Source: Bacteroidia bacterium
GTDB lineage: Bacteria; Bacteroidota; Bacteroidia; Bacteroidales; CAJPTX01
Assembly (NCBI GenBank): GCA_905373475.1
Contig: CAJPTC010000013.1
Location: 2,060 to 66,059, forward strand
DNA: 64,000 nucleotides
Direction of reading: 5' to 3'
The translations under genes and the position numbers were made by a program. The notes beneath the pieces were generated by a model. That model was not told the DNA's origin. It searched no databases and saw only the letters and a list, made by a program, of their open reading frames with translations. Each line of letters begins with the position of its first letter. Position 1 is the first letter of the stretch. Of the stretch, positions 26,901-33,926 are shown in pieces.

Positions 26901-29900
26901 CGGCAGGGGCGAGGCTGTATTACGGAGCAGATGAAATTGTAATGAGTGCTAGCGGTGCAGAAGTATCGCTTGATCTGACTTCGCCACGTAAATTGCGAGT
27001 TGTGGCACAAAATGGTTACGATGCCAAAACCTATACCGTACGTCTTGCTATGGCGCAGACAATAACTTGGTCGGAAGAAAAAATCGTGCATCCATTCGCT
27101 AGTGTTTCACTTGCTCTTGATGCGACAACTTCGTCGGCATTAGTGGTAAGATACAATAGCCTAGACCCGTCTGTTGCTACCGTGGACGCTGCAGGGAATT
27201 TGATAGCGGCGGGTGTCGGAAAAACGAAACTTTTGGCCTACCAAGAAGGAAACGGACAATACAAACCTGCGCCTATAAAAGAGCGAGAGGTAGAAATAAC
27301 ACGTGCTGATCTCACCATTAAGGTGAAAGATGTTACGATGGCGCAAGGTGATATGTTGCCTCCACTCGAATTTGAATATGAGGGGCTACAGTTTGAAGGA
27401 ACAGAACGCGAGTTTACATGGCCGTATGAAATACAAACCTCTGACGGGCAAGTCTGCAGTACAGACCAACAGTTAGTGCCAGGAGTATACCGCATAGTTC
27501 CGAAGGAATATTCGGGGGCATACGAATCGGGGAATTATAGGGTGACACGTGAGAATGGTAAACTAACAGTTCTTGAGGCTCAGCGTGCTAAGGCTATCAC
27601 TTTCGTAGCGAAAGATCAGAACGATGCACCTTTGGCGGGGGTTGTTGTACAGTGTGATGTATACACATATATAACACAAGCAGATGGGAGAGTTACGCTC
27701 TATTTATTACCCAAACAAAAGAGCTATCGTGTATTGGCAAGTAAACTTGGGTATGTATCTGCCGAGCAATCGTTTGTCGTTTCGGAGGCTGCAGAAGTGA
27801 CTTTGAAATTGTTACAACGCGTTTATAAGCTTACCTATCAGACCGATGTCTTTGGTATAATCTCGGGTAGTTCTGAACAAATGATTGCAGCACAGCACGA
27901 TGGCGAGCAAGTAGTGGCAGTACCGCGAGATAGACAACATCGTTTCAAACAATGGTCGGATGGGGTGACAACTGCCGCACGTACCGATAAGAACGTTACA
28001 GCCGATATAAGTGCAACTGCGGAGTTTGAACCATATTTTTATACGCTTACTTATTCTGTTTCGGAAGGTGGCGAGTTTGTGTCGGCGGAGGATACCCAAG
28101 TGCAAAAGATAGTACCTGGTGCGGACGGACAGGTAGTGACCGTTAAGGCTAAGGCGGGCTATGTCTTCCTCGGCTGGGAGGATGGAGAACGAAATCTGTC
28201 GCGTACAGATCGAGCTGTTTGGGAAGACAAATCGGTAAAAGCTATATTTTTCAAGCCCTATCGTTTATCGTGGACGGAGAATTTTGATAACGATGCGTTT
28301 ACACTACAAGGCTGGGAATATGGTTCGTCTAAATACGGTCGTGGATGGCAAATCTTCCCTGAAAAGACAATCACCAATAAACCTGATGCTGCGGGTAAAG
28401 TTCTTGCCATTGCTCCACGGTTTGAGCCAGCACCTAAACCTATATATGCCGATTGTTGGGTTGCATCGCCGTGGTTAGCACTGGAAGGGGGAAGTGCGGC
28501 TTCCAAAATTCAGTTGACATATACACATCGGATGCTCGTGATTGGACTCACTACGGCGCATGTAGAGTATTGCTTCGAAGATGGTACATGGGTAAAGGCT
28601 CACGATATTCCCGCAGGTGTAGAGGCGCAGGTAGCTACTCTCGAATTGGAGGCTTCGACTTTAGCCACGCATAAATATGTACGTATACGTTGGGTGTTTA
28701 CTACTCCGAGTTCGTTTACCTACCTTGCTATAGATAATATAAAAGTGACTTTTATTCCCGAAGTAGTGCAGCAGACTTTGCGTTATTTTGCTGAGGAGAA
28801 TGGTTTGTTGCAAAAACAAGGCGAGAATGAGAAGGTGGCGTATCTCGAGCTTCAGACCCCTAAAGATATTCCTGCCACAAAGGTGGTAGCAGTACCTAAT
28901 GAGGGCTTTAGCTTCGATCGGTGGTCAGATGGTCTTGAAAGTGCGGAACGCCAGGATGCGCGGGATGTAACGGTGGTTGCCATGTTCCGTGTTAAGCCCA
29001 AGCCGACGTATACAATTACGTATCTGTTAGGCGAGCATGGGGCAGCATTGCTAGGAAGTCCGTATCAGTCGCGTACGGAGGGAGACTATACAGCGCCTGT
29101 TACAGCAGTTGCTCAAACGGGTTTCAGGTTCTTACAGTGGAATGACGGTGTAAAAGTCAATCCGAGAACTGATAAAGTGACTGCTGAGAATAAGACCTAT
29201 ACAGCACAGTTTATGCAAGTCTTTACATTAACCTACGTTGCAGGCGATGGTGGTACAATTGTAGGTACTACTCCGCAAACGGTCGATGCTGGTGGTAGCG
29301 GTACAGAGGTAGAAGCGAAAGCCAATGCAGGTTACCACTTCGTTAAGTGGAACGATGGTATTACAACCGCCAAACGTACCGAAACCAATGTACAAGCCAG
29401 CAAGACGTATACGGCGCAGTTTGAAGCCGATGTGAAGACATTCGCCGTAAAACTCGCTCATGAGGGTGAAGGTACATTAGTTATAACAGGCTATGATGCC
29501 GAGAAGCTTAAGACCGTTCCCGAAGGCACCGAACTCACAGCAGTGGCAACGCCTGCAAAGGGTTGGAAGTTGAAGAGCCTTACGGCGGGTACACAGGACA
29601 TCTCGTCAGACGGCAAGTTCACGGTAACCGCCAATGTTGAGGTGAAGGCAGTATTTGAAGAAGAAGGTAGTGGTCCGCAACCTAAGACGTTCGCTGTAAC
29701 GCTTGCGAAAGAAGGCGAAGGCAAGCTGAAGATAACGGGCATAGAAGAAAGTAAACTGAATGCCGTTCCCGAAGGCACCGAGCTCACGGCAGTGGCAACG
29801 CCTGCAAAGGGTTGGAAGTTGAAGCGCCTTACAGCAGGTACACAGGACATCTCGTCAGACGGTAAGTTCACGGTAACCGCGGATGTTGAGGTAAAGGCAG

Positions 29901-30172
29901 TGTTTGTGAAGAGTACTTCTGTTGACGATGCTGTATTGGCCAATGTGCTTGTAGCGCCTAATCCGTTCGATAATCAATTACGAATTGTAAACGGCGATTT
30001 ACGAGGGGAATATGCGTTATTGAATGCACAAGGTGTTGTAGTACGTAGTGGCAGTATGGCTGGTAACGAGGTACTGATTGAAACTAGCGATCTTATTTCA
30101 GGTCTCTACCTCTTGCGTCTCACTTCCGAAAATGGTGCAACGAGGACAATAACAGTCGTAAAAGAAAGATAA
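20933..30172 (+). CDS. Giant (~3,079 aa) multidomain subtilase-family (S8) surface protein with T9SS C-terminal sorting domain, paralog 3
   Basis: The track starts at TTG 20918; the ATG at 20933 gives MRRSLLLLLFLSIGLLLYA|QEP. The S8 motifs are intact: GIWDGNVGDHVDYG, AHGMHTTGTIVGSG, LTSNSYG and GTSMACPTVTGHLALL. Domain order matches copies 1 and 2 (LamG-like WQHIAVT..VFIDGQ..FRLWN, Big_2/MBG, InlB-type repeats, MAM-like, 2 x 83-aa module, CTD VAPNPF..GLYLLRL..RTITVVKER). Confidence 0.9.
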   Translation: MRRSLLLLLFLSIGLLLYAQEPVRFGDHEVYLEANVHAKVRGHKTSSLELGIPTGEKLNVLVQFGTEKISYEALKQKGVKLGDYLGSNAYYAQVDPGSRPSDFVGTGLRTVVPIRGEWKVVNSLLQNTAPDWAVDGARLKMTLSWFSGVSWVKVKSLLEKKQIAYHAASEPLQTVEIEGTRDAILALASEECVSFITWTAPPQEITNYHGARLSGASVLSLPPLQNGRGLTGKGIRIGIWDGNVGDHVDYGSRVHRCEFEQSITGTGAHGMHTTGTIVGSGLLDPRTQGMAPEAQIWTYNFTVVSNGKPIPQKMYEAYMAEDISLTSNSYGLKIKNICGRDELFNYTLMGNSNVDYLSCNIPTLTHVYAAGNDQYACQRPFSHSGNYSKNIISVGALDAFGTITDFSSFGPLLDGRIYPIVSAYGYAVLSTVDGQRYERMNGTSMACPTVTGHLALLTQRWKQLHGGALPTNYFLKALIANTADDAGNLGPDYKYGFGILNAEAAVTVIEGRTYELAQLTTDTQKRDLTLQVPNGVQELRVMLCWNDPVARKEYLTGESPLVNDLNLSVTSGGTTHLPLTLDFKHPSALAQEAVNKVDNIEQVVIKNPAQGEYILTVNGVLKQGDKQPYALVWYFDYQQPTIVSPAMGDIFAAGDTVYLRTRNMQSPLSVSFSTDDGTTFTALGSYDANAAVVLPKSLAPTNSAILRATDANNQTLEVAQLTIMGQVKGVKLTTSPCSSDGWKLAWEEVADAAHYEILKGDIEKGSYEKVAEVAAPALEYVISSSDVVLGRNVYAVRAVSSTGIKGQRSVGVLSQAAMPLMLSEQQLPFFDSFVGTPFRYVTTEAGKKIKFRKEEALENYALPFDSHMLVWQPSRPASAWENPFVTQRDNVGAVSMCEIDLSAISAGTALKFVANYYMAKSAKPKGSLLRLLVDNEEVADELGRTQIAGDSDEHFAAWDFSEYAGKKIRVKLEFALATPQDGIVLISYQLMTKTQQSDVGIVWANVPEISAKAYMENEDIRFKVQNFSSVEAQNIPVSVQVDGEVVYSYLIETLKPFEDRIFSYKHNFASREARKYVVDIRTSVKDDAKPQNNEATFGVYNMGEVLTMPEVTYVEFMGSLFPQIPYETHRFSGHRKFVDGRGELGSYNPGEFAVLKLLPTAPNSVLQATFLKQELAVSDTLFVFTGNVPSNLQDISTKDASYILTGRSSDPSTFISEATDGALTFILIGYNKIPGEGWIANLSELPMPNQWQLLKIKEVAGSDAVHSKLELTVNNLLPVPFYNVGVYLSVDGVTKRLTIPQLPAGESVVVLDEELSIAPPMRSEVLVTLASDGDVSDNSQKCLIQHDPIGKLGGKITSPNALYIAEVAVVGEKDTIRLLPSEYITYKPECKIPLYTKSENALRVRLSGKPTQEQSVAKLRIWTNLDGNNELKDEAPELIVVPLQKDKSGYEAVINLSAVTSIALGEQRMRVMLATDEGYALFKEGKEMEWGSVVDFTALIREGVSPNDYELALLRFQSPKTAHTLGVAEPISLKVRNNGLAKLTSIALSCMVDNLTFDETVNCDIAPRGGVGTVTLSHGADLSLEGKHTIQIALKNKDVNQADNSLKLTVFNIPARTEDLYSLSFVGDKEEYVSFPRVAQNIENEATVEGWWYLNKPQMSGLVYGGENGIQVLSLAGHKDYPDNSLVVLIGPNGGYVSKQPVIKPEQWQHIAVTLVQDEDMFTGNMLTTAEVFIDGQKIQLKRLRYDGFKLEHLWANVRLQGQNAMFRLWNTVRTPAEIKDNMCKSVRIADGTLPTGCEAEFLYTEGRSQASASGDEHFAMIRSERTDVWKKLERVVRSVEVAQQVRPTEHEGSAMTITLPQDFVGFDKVKLQFLSDWADAEITYSSAVITSDTEIDFSQNSEHKLAFKAVKSDLFGKTLTQDFTVQLKNDLSNACDIEELALLKLKNSGLKEDLTVNNPSTLIVLDTGDEVLSDEFDASHVCLTIKRLSAGARLYYGADEIVMSASGAEVSLDLTSPRKLRVVAQNGYDAKTYTVRLAMAQTITWSEEKIVHPFASVSLALDATTSSALVVRYNSLDPSVATVDAAGNLIAAGVGKTKLLAYQEGNGQYKPAPIKEREVEITRADLTIKVKDVTMAQGDMLPPLEFEYEGLQFEGTEREFTWPYEIQTSDGQVCSTDQQLVPGVYRIVPKEYSGAYESGNYRVTRENGKLTVLEAQRAKAITFVAKDQNDAPLAGVVVQCDVYTYITQADGRVTLYLLPKQKSYRVLASKLGYVSAEQSFVVSEAAEVTLKLLQRVYKLTYQTDVFGIISGSSEQMIAAQHDGEQVVAVPRDRQHRFKQWSDGVTTAARTDKNVTADISATAEFEPYFYTLTYSVSEGGEFVSAEDTQVQKIVPGADGQVVTVKAKAGYVFLGWEDGERNLSRTDRAVWEDKSVKAIFFKPYRLSWTENFDNDAFTLQGWEYGSSKYGRGWQIFPEKTITNKPDAAGKVLAIAPRFEPAPKPIYADCWVASPWLALEGGSAASKIQLTYTHRMLVIGLTTAHVEYCFEDGTWVKAHDIPAGVEAQVATLELEASTLATHKYVRIRWVFTTPSSFTYLAIDNIKVTFIPEVVQQTLRYFAEENGLLQKQGENEKVAYLELQTPKDIPATKVVAVPNEGFSFDRWSDGLESAERQDARDVTVVAMFRVKPKPTYTITYLLGEHGAALLGSPYQSRTEGDYTAPVTAVAQTGFRFLQWNDGVKVNPRTDKVTAENKTYTAQFMQVFTLTYVAGDGGTIVGTTPQTVDAGGSGTEVEAKANAGYHFVKWNDGITTAKRTETNVQASKTYTAQFEADVKTFAVKLAHEGEGTLVITGYDAEKLKTVPEGTELTAVATPAKGWKLKSLTAGTQDISSDGKFTVTANVEVKAVFEEEGSGPQPKTFAVTLAKEGEGKLKITGIEESKLNAVPEGTELTAVATPAKGWKLKRLTAGTQDISSDGKFTVTADVEVKAVFVKSTSVDDAVLANVLVAPNPFDNQLRIVNGDLRGEYALLNAQGVVVRSGSMAGNEVLIETSDLISGLYLLRLTSENGATRTITVVKER
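29441..29911 (+). repeat. In-frame tandem duplication (2 x 249 bp) inside giant gene 3
   Basis: Copy starts lie at 29441 and 29690: FAVKLAHEGEGTLVITGYDAEKLKTVPEGTELTAVATPAKGWKLKSL.. and FAVTLAKEGEGKLKITGIEESKLNAVPEGTELTAVATPAKGWKLKRL... Confidence 0.9.
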
Positions 30173-30184
30173 TGAGATTTGTAG

Positions 30185-30227
30185 GGGGGAGGCGCGCCTC
30201 CCCCGTAAAATGCGCACCGCGCATTTT
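30185..30227 (+). terminator. Double GC-rich hairpin immediately after the giant gene 3 stop (possible terminator)
   Basis: A perfect 10-bp-arm palindrome at 30185-30204 is followed by a 9-bp stem AAAATGCGC/GCGCATTTT at 30207-30227. The U-tract is part of the second stem, so terminator function is uncertain. Confidence 0.4.
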
Positions 30228-30285
30228 CAGACAGCATTGCGATTGTAGCGTCGTGTTATGACGCGACGCCAGTAATTTAGTACAA

Positions 30286-30317
30286 CGGGTATTGCCTTTG
30301 GGCGATGCCCGTTTTTT
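30286..30317 (+). terminator. Putative intrinsic terminator
   Basis: CGGGTATTGCC-TTTG-GGCGATGCCCG stem (with G-U pairs) followed by TTTTTT. Confidence 0.55.
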
Positions 30318-30648
30318 GATAGGTTTTCGCCCAACGTTTTACATTGGGCTGCTGTGTGCTACCTTTACAGGGCACAGATGGCTGGGACATGATCACCCAA
30401 GGCGTTGCCTTGGGCTAGATTGTGCTGCACTTTCAAAACATGGTTTCATATCTAAATGGAAGTAATATACGAAACGGGGTATGTAGCGTCGTGCCATGGC
30501 ACGACGCCAATAAAGATCAATTAGGCGTGCGGGCATTGCCTACGAACTGTTTTTTTACAGCCCCTTATAATGGGTTACCCGTGGTGCTCCGTAGGACACA
30601 TCTAACCTTACAAAAACAAACAGGGGAATTGACCCAAACAAAAAACAG

Positions 30649-30656
30649 TACTTTTG
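30649..30656 (+). promoter_or_regulatory. Candidate Bacteroidota -7 promoter box (TAnnTTTG) for the SusC-like gene
   Basis: TACTTTTG ends 37 nt upstream of ATG 30693. It overlaps the TTG at 30654 that the ORF track used as the start. Confidence 0.45.
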
Positions 30657-30692
30657 TCATACTATTTTACTAATCTTATTAAGGTAGGTTGC

Positions 30693-33600
30693 ATGAAAAA
30701 ATGTTTAATGCTCCTAGCGTTTTTAGCGCTAGGTCTCTCGTTGTTTGCGCAACCGCGCACAGTGACGGGAGTGGTCACTTCTGCCGAAGACAATGAACCT
30801 CTCCTTCAGGTAGTGGTACAGGTCAAAGGCACGCAAACTGCGGTGGTTACCGATGCTGATGGACGTTACTCTATCCGTGTTGCAGATCCGACCGCTGTGC
30901 TCGTTTTCTCTTACACGGGATACGCTACACAAGAAATTACAGTAGCAGAACAAGAAACGATCAATGTCGTAATGGCGGCATCCGTTGAAGAGATAGACGA
31001 AGTTATGGTCGTAGCTTTCGGGAAAGCTAAGAAGAGTGCCTTTACAGGATCGGCTGTCTCAGTAGGCGAAAAGGAGTTGGAACGCAAGCAAGTTTCCAAC
31101 GTGATGAATGCTCTCTCAGGGAAGGTGCCAGGTGTGACAGTTTACTCTTCAAATAACCAGCCTGGTACAGGATCTTCTGTCCGCATTCGTGGTACAGGTT
31201 CTTTTTCGGCGGGTAGCGATCCACTCTACGTAGTAGACGGAGTGCCATACGATGGCGACATCTCCGCTATAAACCCTGCCGATGTAGAGAGTACTGTGTT
31301 GCTGAAAGATGCTGCTTCAGCGGCGTTGTACGGTGCGCGTGCTGCCAACGGCGTAGTAATGATTACGACGAAGAACGGCGCAAATGCTAAACAGACTGGG
31401 GTTGCTAATATCAACCTCGCTGCGAAGGTCGGCTATAACTTCAAGGGAATACCTTCGTATGACCGCATTACAGACCCTAAGAAGTATGTGGAGAAGTATT
31501 ACGAAGCGCTTTACTACTACTATCGCTATTCTTCCGCACGCCATATTGGTTCTACTGAAGAGCAACAGATGTCGGCTGCACAGGATGCTATTCTTAATCG
31601 TGAGTCTGGGCTAGTTTACTTCCCTTTCACTCTTAATGATCCGTCAGCTGATTGGTTTACAAAGAATCCCGACGGGACGTTCTCTATGAATAAGAATGCT
31701 ACGCTCGGCAGATGGCATGTAGACCCGAGTACAGGCAAGAAGTATTGGATGCAGCCAGACGATTGGGACAAGCAAGCATACTTGCCCAACATGCGTCAGG
31801 AGTACAACCTCTCTGTTTCGGGACGTTCTGACAAAGTGAACTATTTCTTCTCGGCAGGCTATCTCAACGACAAAGGTTACTTGCGTGGGTCTAGCTACGA
31901 ACGCTATTCTTCGCGTTTGCGTGTGGACTTTACACCCAAGTCTTGGCTCAAGATGGGTGGTAACGTAGCGTTCTCGGGGAGTTCGATAGATGCGTACTCG
32001 GGAACCAATTCGGGTTCTAGTAGTGACAACATTTTTGCATTGATAAACTACGCGGGGCCTCACTACCCGATTTGGGTACGTGACGAAAATAAGCGCGTTG
32101 CTACGAACAGTCTAGGACTTCCGATTTACGACTTTGGTTCGGGACAGTTCCCAGGTCTATCTAACCGTCCGCTGTTACACTGGTCGAACCCGCTGGCTAC
32201 AAAGATCTACGACCTAAATATAGATGAAGCTTATACGGGAGCGCTACGTGATTATATCGACTTTATTCTCCCCTACGGATTTAAGGTTACGCTCAACATG
32301 GGCTTTGACATCAACCAGAACGGAGCTACTGAAACCTCTAACCCGCTTTATGGACAGAATGCTTCTACGGGCGGCTCTATCGTAAGAAGTGAGTCGCGTT
32401 CTACTTCCTTGAACGTACAGCAGTTGTTGAATTGGTCACATTCGTTTGACGAACACCACATCGATGTTGTGCTCGGACACGAATACTATGCGAGCGAAAA
32501 CAAACTTTTACAAGGGAGTAGGAAGCAACTTTTCCGACTCAAGACGCGCGAGCTTTCAGGTGCAATATCCGATCAGCAGGCAACGTCTTCTAGCCGTCGT
32601 TACCGCGTAGAAGGATACCTTGCACGCGCCTCATACGATTGGAAGGAACGTTACTTCCTTAGTCTCTCTTTCCGTCGCGATGGTTCTTCGCGTTTTGCTA
32701 AGAATGCTCGTTGGGGGAATTTCGGTAGCGTGGGCGCTTCTTGGTTAATACATCAGGAGGCATTCATGGAATCTTTCCGTACTTGGCTTGATATGTTAAA
32801 ATTCAAAGCGAGTTACGGTATTCAGGGGAATGACCAAATCGGGCTACAGTTTGGTTACAAGGATCTTTACTCACTCCGTAACCTGAACAATGAGTTTGGG
32901 GTGGCTTTCTCGGCAAAGGGGAGTGAGAACCTGACATGGGAAACGAGTCACAACCTTAATATAGGTATAGAATATGGTGTACTAGGTAATCGACTCACTG
33001 GGAGTATCGACTTCTTCCGTCGTGCCGTCTCTGACATGTTGTTCGAGGTAACCGTACCTCCGAGTTCGGGGTATTCGTCTTTCTGGTCTAATGTAGGGCA
33101 GATGAACAATACGGGGGTTGACTTTGAGATTCGTGGTGTGCCATATCGTACCCACAAGGTAGAGTGGACGGCTTACATCAATGGTAGCCATGTTACGAAC
33201 CGTATTGTAAAACTCCCAGAAGAGTGGAATAAGAGTTCTAAATGGGGCTATGTAAGTGGCAACTATGTTTACCGTGAGGGCGGTTCGTTGGCAGATTTGT
33301 TTATTCCTAAATATCTCGGATTGAACGATAAGGGGGAAAGCAGATGGCAGACGGCAGATGGTGAGACGACCGACTACTCAGTTGCTTCAAAAAATGAAAA
33401 CCGCGTCATATTCCCAGCTAAGCAAGATATCTTGCGTGGAGGCTTTGGTTCGAATGTAGATTTTTATAACTTCGACTTCGGAGTATCATTTACTTATGCA
33501 TTTGGCGGTCGCGGTATCGACCAGACTTACATGGACTTGATGCACGGTGGTGCACAGAATGGTACAGCAATGCACAAAGACCTCCTGAAGGCTTGGACTC

Positions 33601-33899
33601 CCGAACGTCCCAATACGAATGTACCACGTCTAACTACTTCGGAAGGGGCGCGTCAGAATGGTATCTCCGATCGTTTCTTTATTAGTCGCAGTTATTTGGC
33701 GATTGACAACATAACATTTGGGTATACGCTTCCCCAAAACTGGGCAGACAGACTCTACCTCTCTTCATTGCGCGTATATGCCGTAGCAGACAATGTTTGG
33801 CTCTTCTCGGCACGTAAGGGCTATGACCCGCGTTTTGGAGGCGGAATTGGTTACAAGGCAATGCGTACCATTTCCTTGGGAGTTACTGCCAATTTCTAA
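30693..33899 (+). CDS. SusC/RagA-family TonB-dependent outer-membrane transporter
   Basis: ATG 30693 gives MKKCLMLLAFLALGLSLFA|QPRTVTGVV... The protein has a CarboxypepD_reg-like N-domain (TVTGVVTSAEDNEPLL..DADGRYSI) and plug motifs (DEVMVVAFG, LSGKVPGVTV, PLYVVDGVPY..LKDAASAALYGARAANGVVMITTK). A long barrel ends in ..ISLGVTANF with a C-terminal Phe. Confidence 0.9.
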   Translation: MKKCLMLLAFLALGLSLFAQPRTVTGVVTSAEDNEPLLQVVVQVKGTQTAVVTDADGRYSIRVADPTAVLVFSYTGYATQEITVAEQETINVVMAASVEEIDEVMVVAFGKAKKSAFTGSAVSVGEKELERKQVSNVMNALSGKVPGVTVYSSNNQPGTGSSVRIRGTGSFSAGSDPLYVVDGVPYDGDISAINPADVESTVLLKDAASAALYGARAANGVVMITTKNGANAKQTGVANINLAAKVGYNFKGIPSYDRITDPKKYVEKYYEALYYYYRYSSARHIGSTEEQQMSAAQDAILNRESGLVYFPFTLNDPSADWFTKNPDGTFSMNKNATLGRWHVDPSTGKKYWMQPDDWDKQAYLPNMRQEYNLSVSGRSDKVNYFFSAGYLNDKGYLRGSSYERYSSRLRVDFTPKSWLKMGGNVAFSGSSIDAYSGTNSGSSSDNIFALINYAGPHYPIWVRDENKRVATNSLGLPIYDFGSGQFPGLSNRPLLHWSNPLATKIYDLNIDEAYTGALRDYIDFILPYGFKVTLNMGFDINQNGATETSNPLYGQNASTGGSIVRSESRSTSLNVQQLLNWSHSFDEHHIDVVLGHEYYASENKLLQGSRKQLFRLKTRELSGAISDQQATSSSRRYRVEGYLARASYDWKERYFLSLSFRRDGSSRFAKNARWGNFGSVGASWLIHQEAFMESFRTWLDMLKFKASYGIQGNDQIGLQFGYKDLYSLRNLNNEFGVAFSAKGSENLTWETSHNLNIGIEYGVLGNRLTGSIDFFRRAVSDMLFEVTVPPSSGYSSFWSNVGQMNNTGVDFEIRGVPYRTHKVEWTAYINGSHVTNRIVKLPEEWNKSSKWGYVSGNYVYREGGSLADLFIPKYLGLNDKGESRWQTADGETTDYSVASKNENRVIFPAKQDILRGGFGSNVDFYNFDFGVSFTYAFGGRGIDQTYMDLMHGGAQNGTAMHKDLLKAWTPERPNTNVPRLTTSEGARQNGISDRFFISRSYLAIDNITFGYTLPQNWADRLYLSSLRVYAVADNVWLFSARKGYDPRFGGGIGYKAMRTISLGVTANF

Positions 33900-33926
33900 T
33901 ATCCCATCCTATAATACATTACAGAC

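Larger units (their letters stand above)
30178..30520. repeat. REP-like palindromic modules downstream of giant gene 3
   Basis: - 20-nt perfect palindrome GGGGGAGGCGCGCCTCCCCC at 30185-30204.
- AAAATGCGC-ACC-GCGCATTTT at 30207-30227.
- GCGTCG..CGACGC at 30248-30269.
- GCCCAACGTTTTACATTGGGC at 30329-30349.
- Inverted copy of the 10947-10986 module at 30396-30435.
- 20-nt perfect palindrome CGTCGTGCCATGGCACGACG at 30487-30506. Confidence 0.75.

Noticed and set aside
1375-30172. Composite transposon or other mobile element carrying the giant genes
   Set aside because: No transposase, integrase, tRNA attachment site or terminal inverted repeats bracket the array. The duplication is adequately explained by tandem duplication plus gene conversion. 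Island status remains only an inference.
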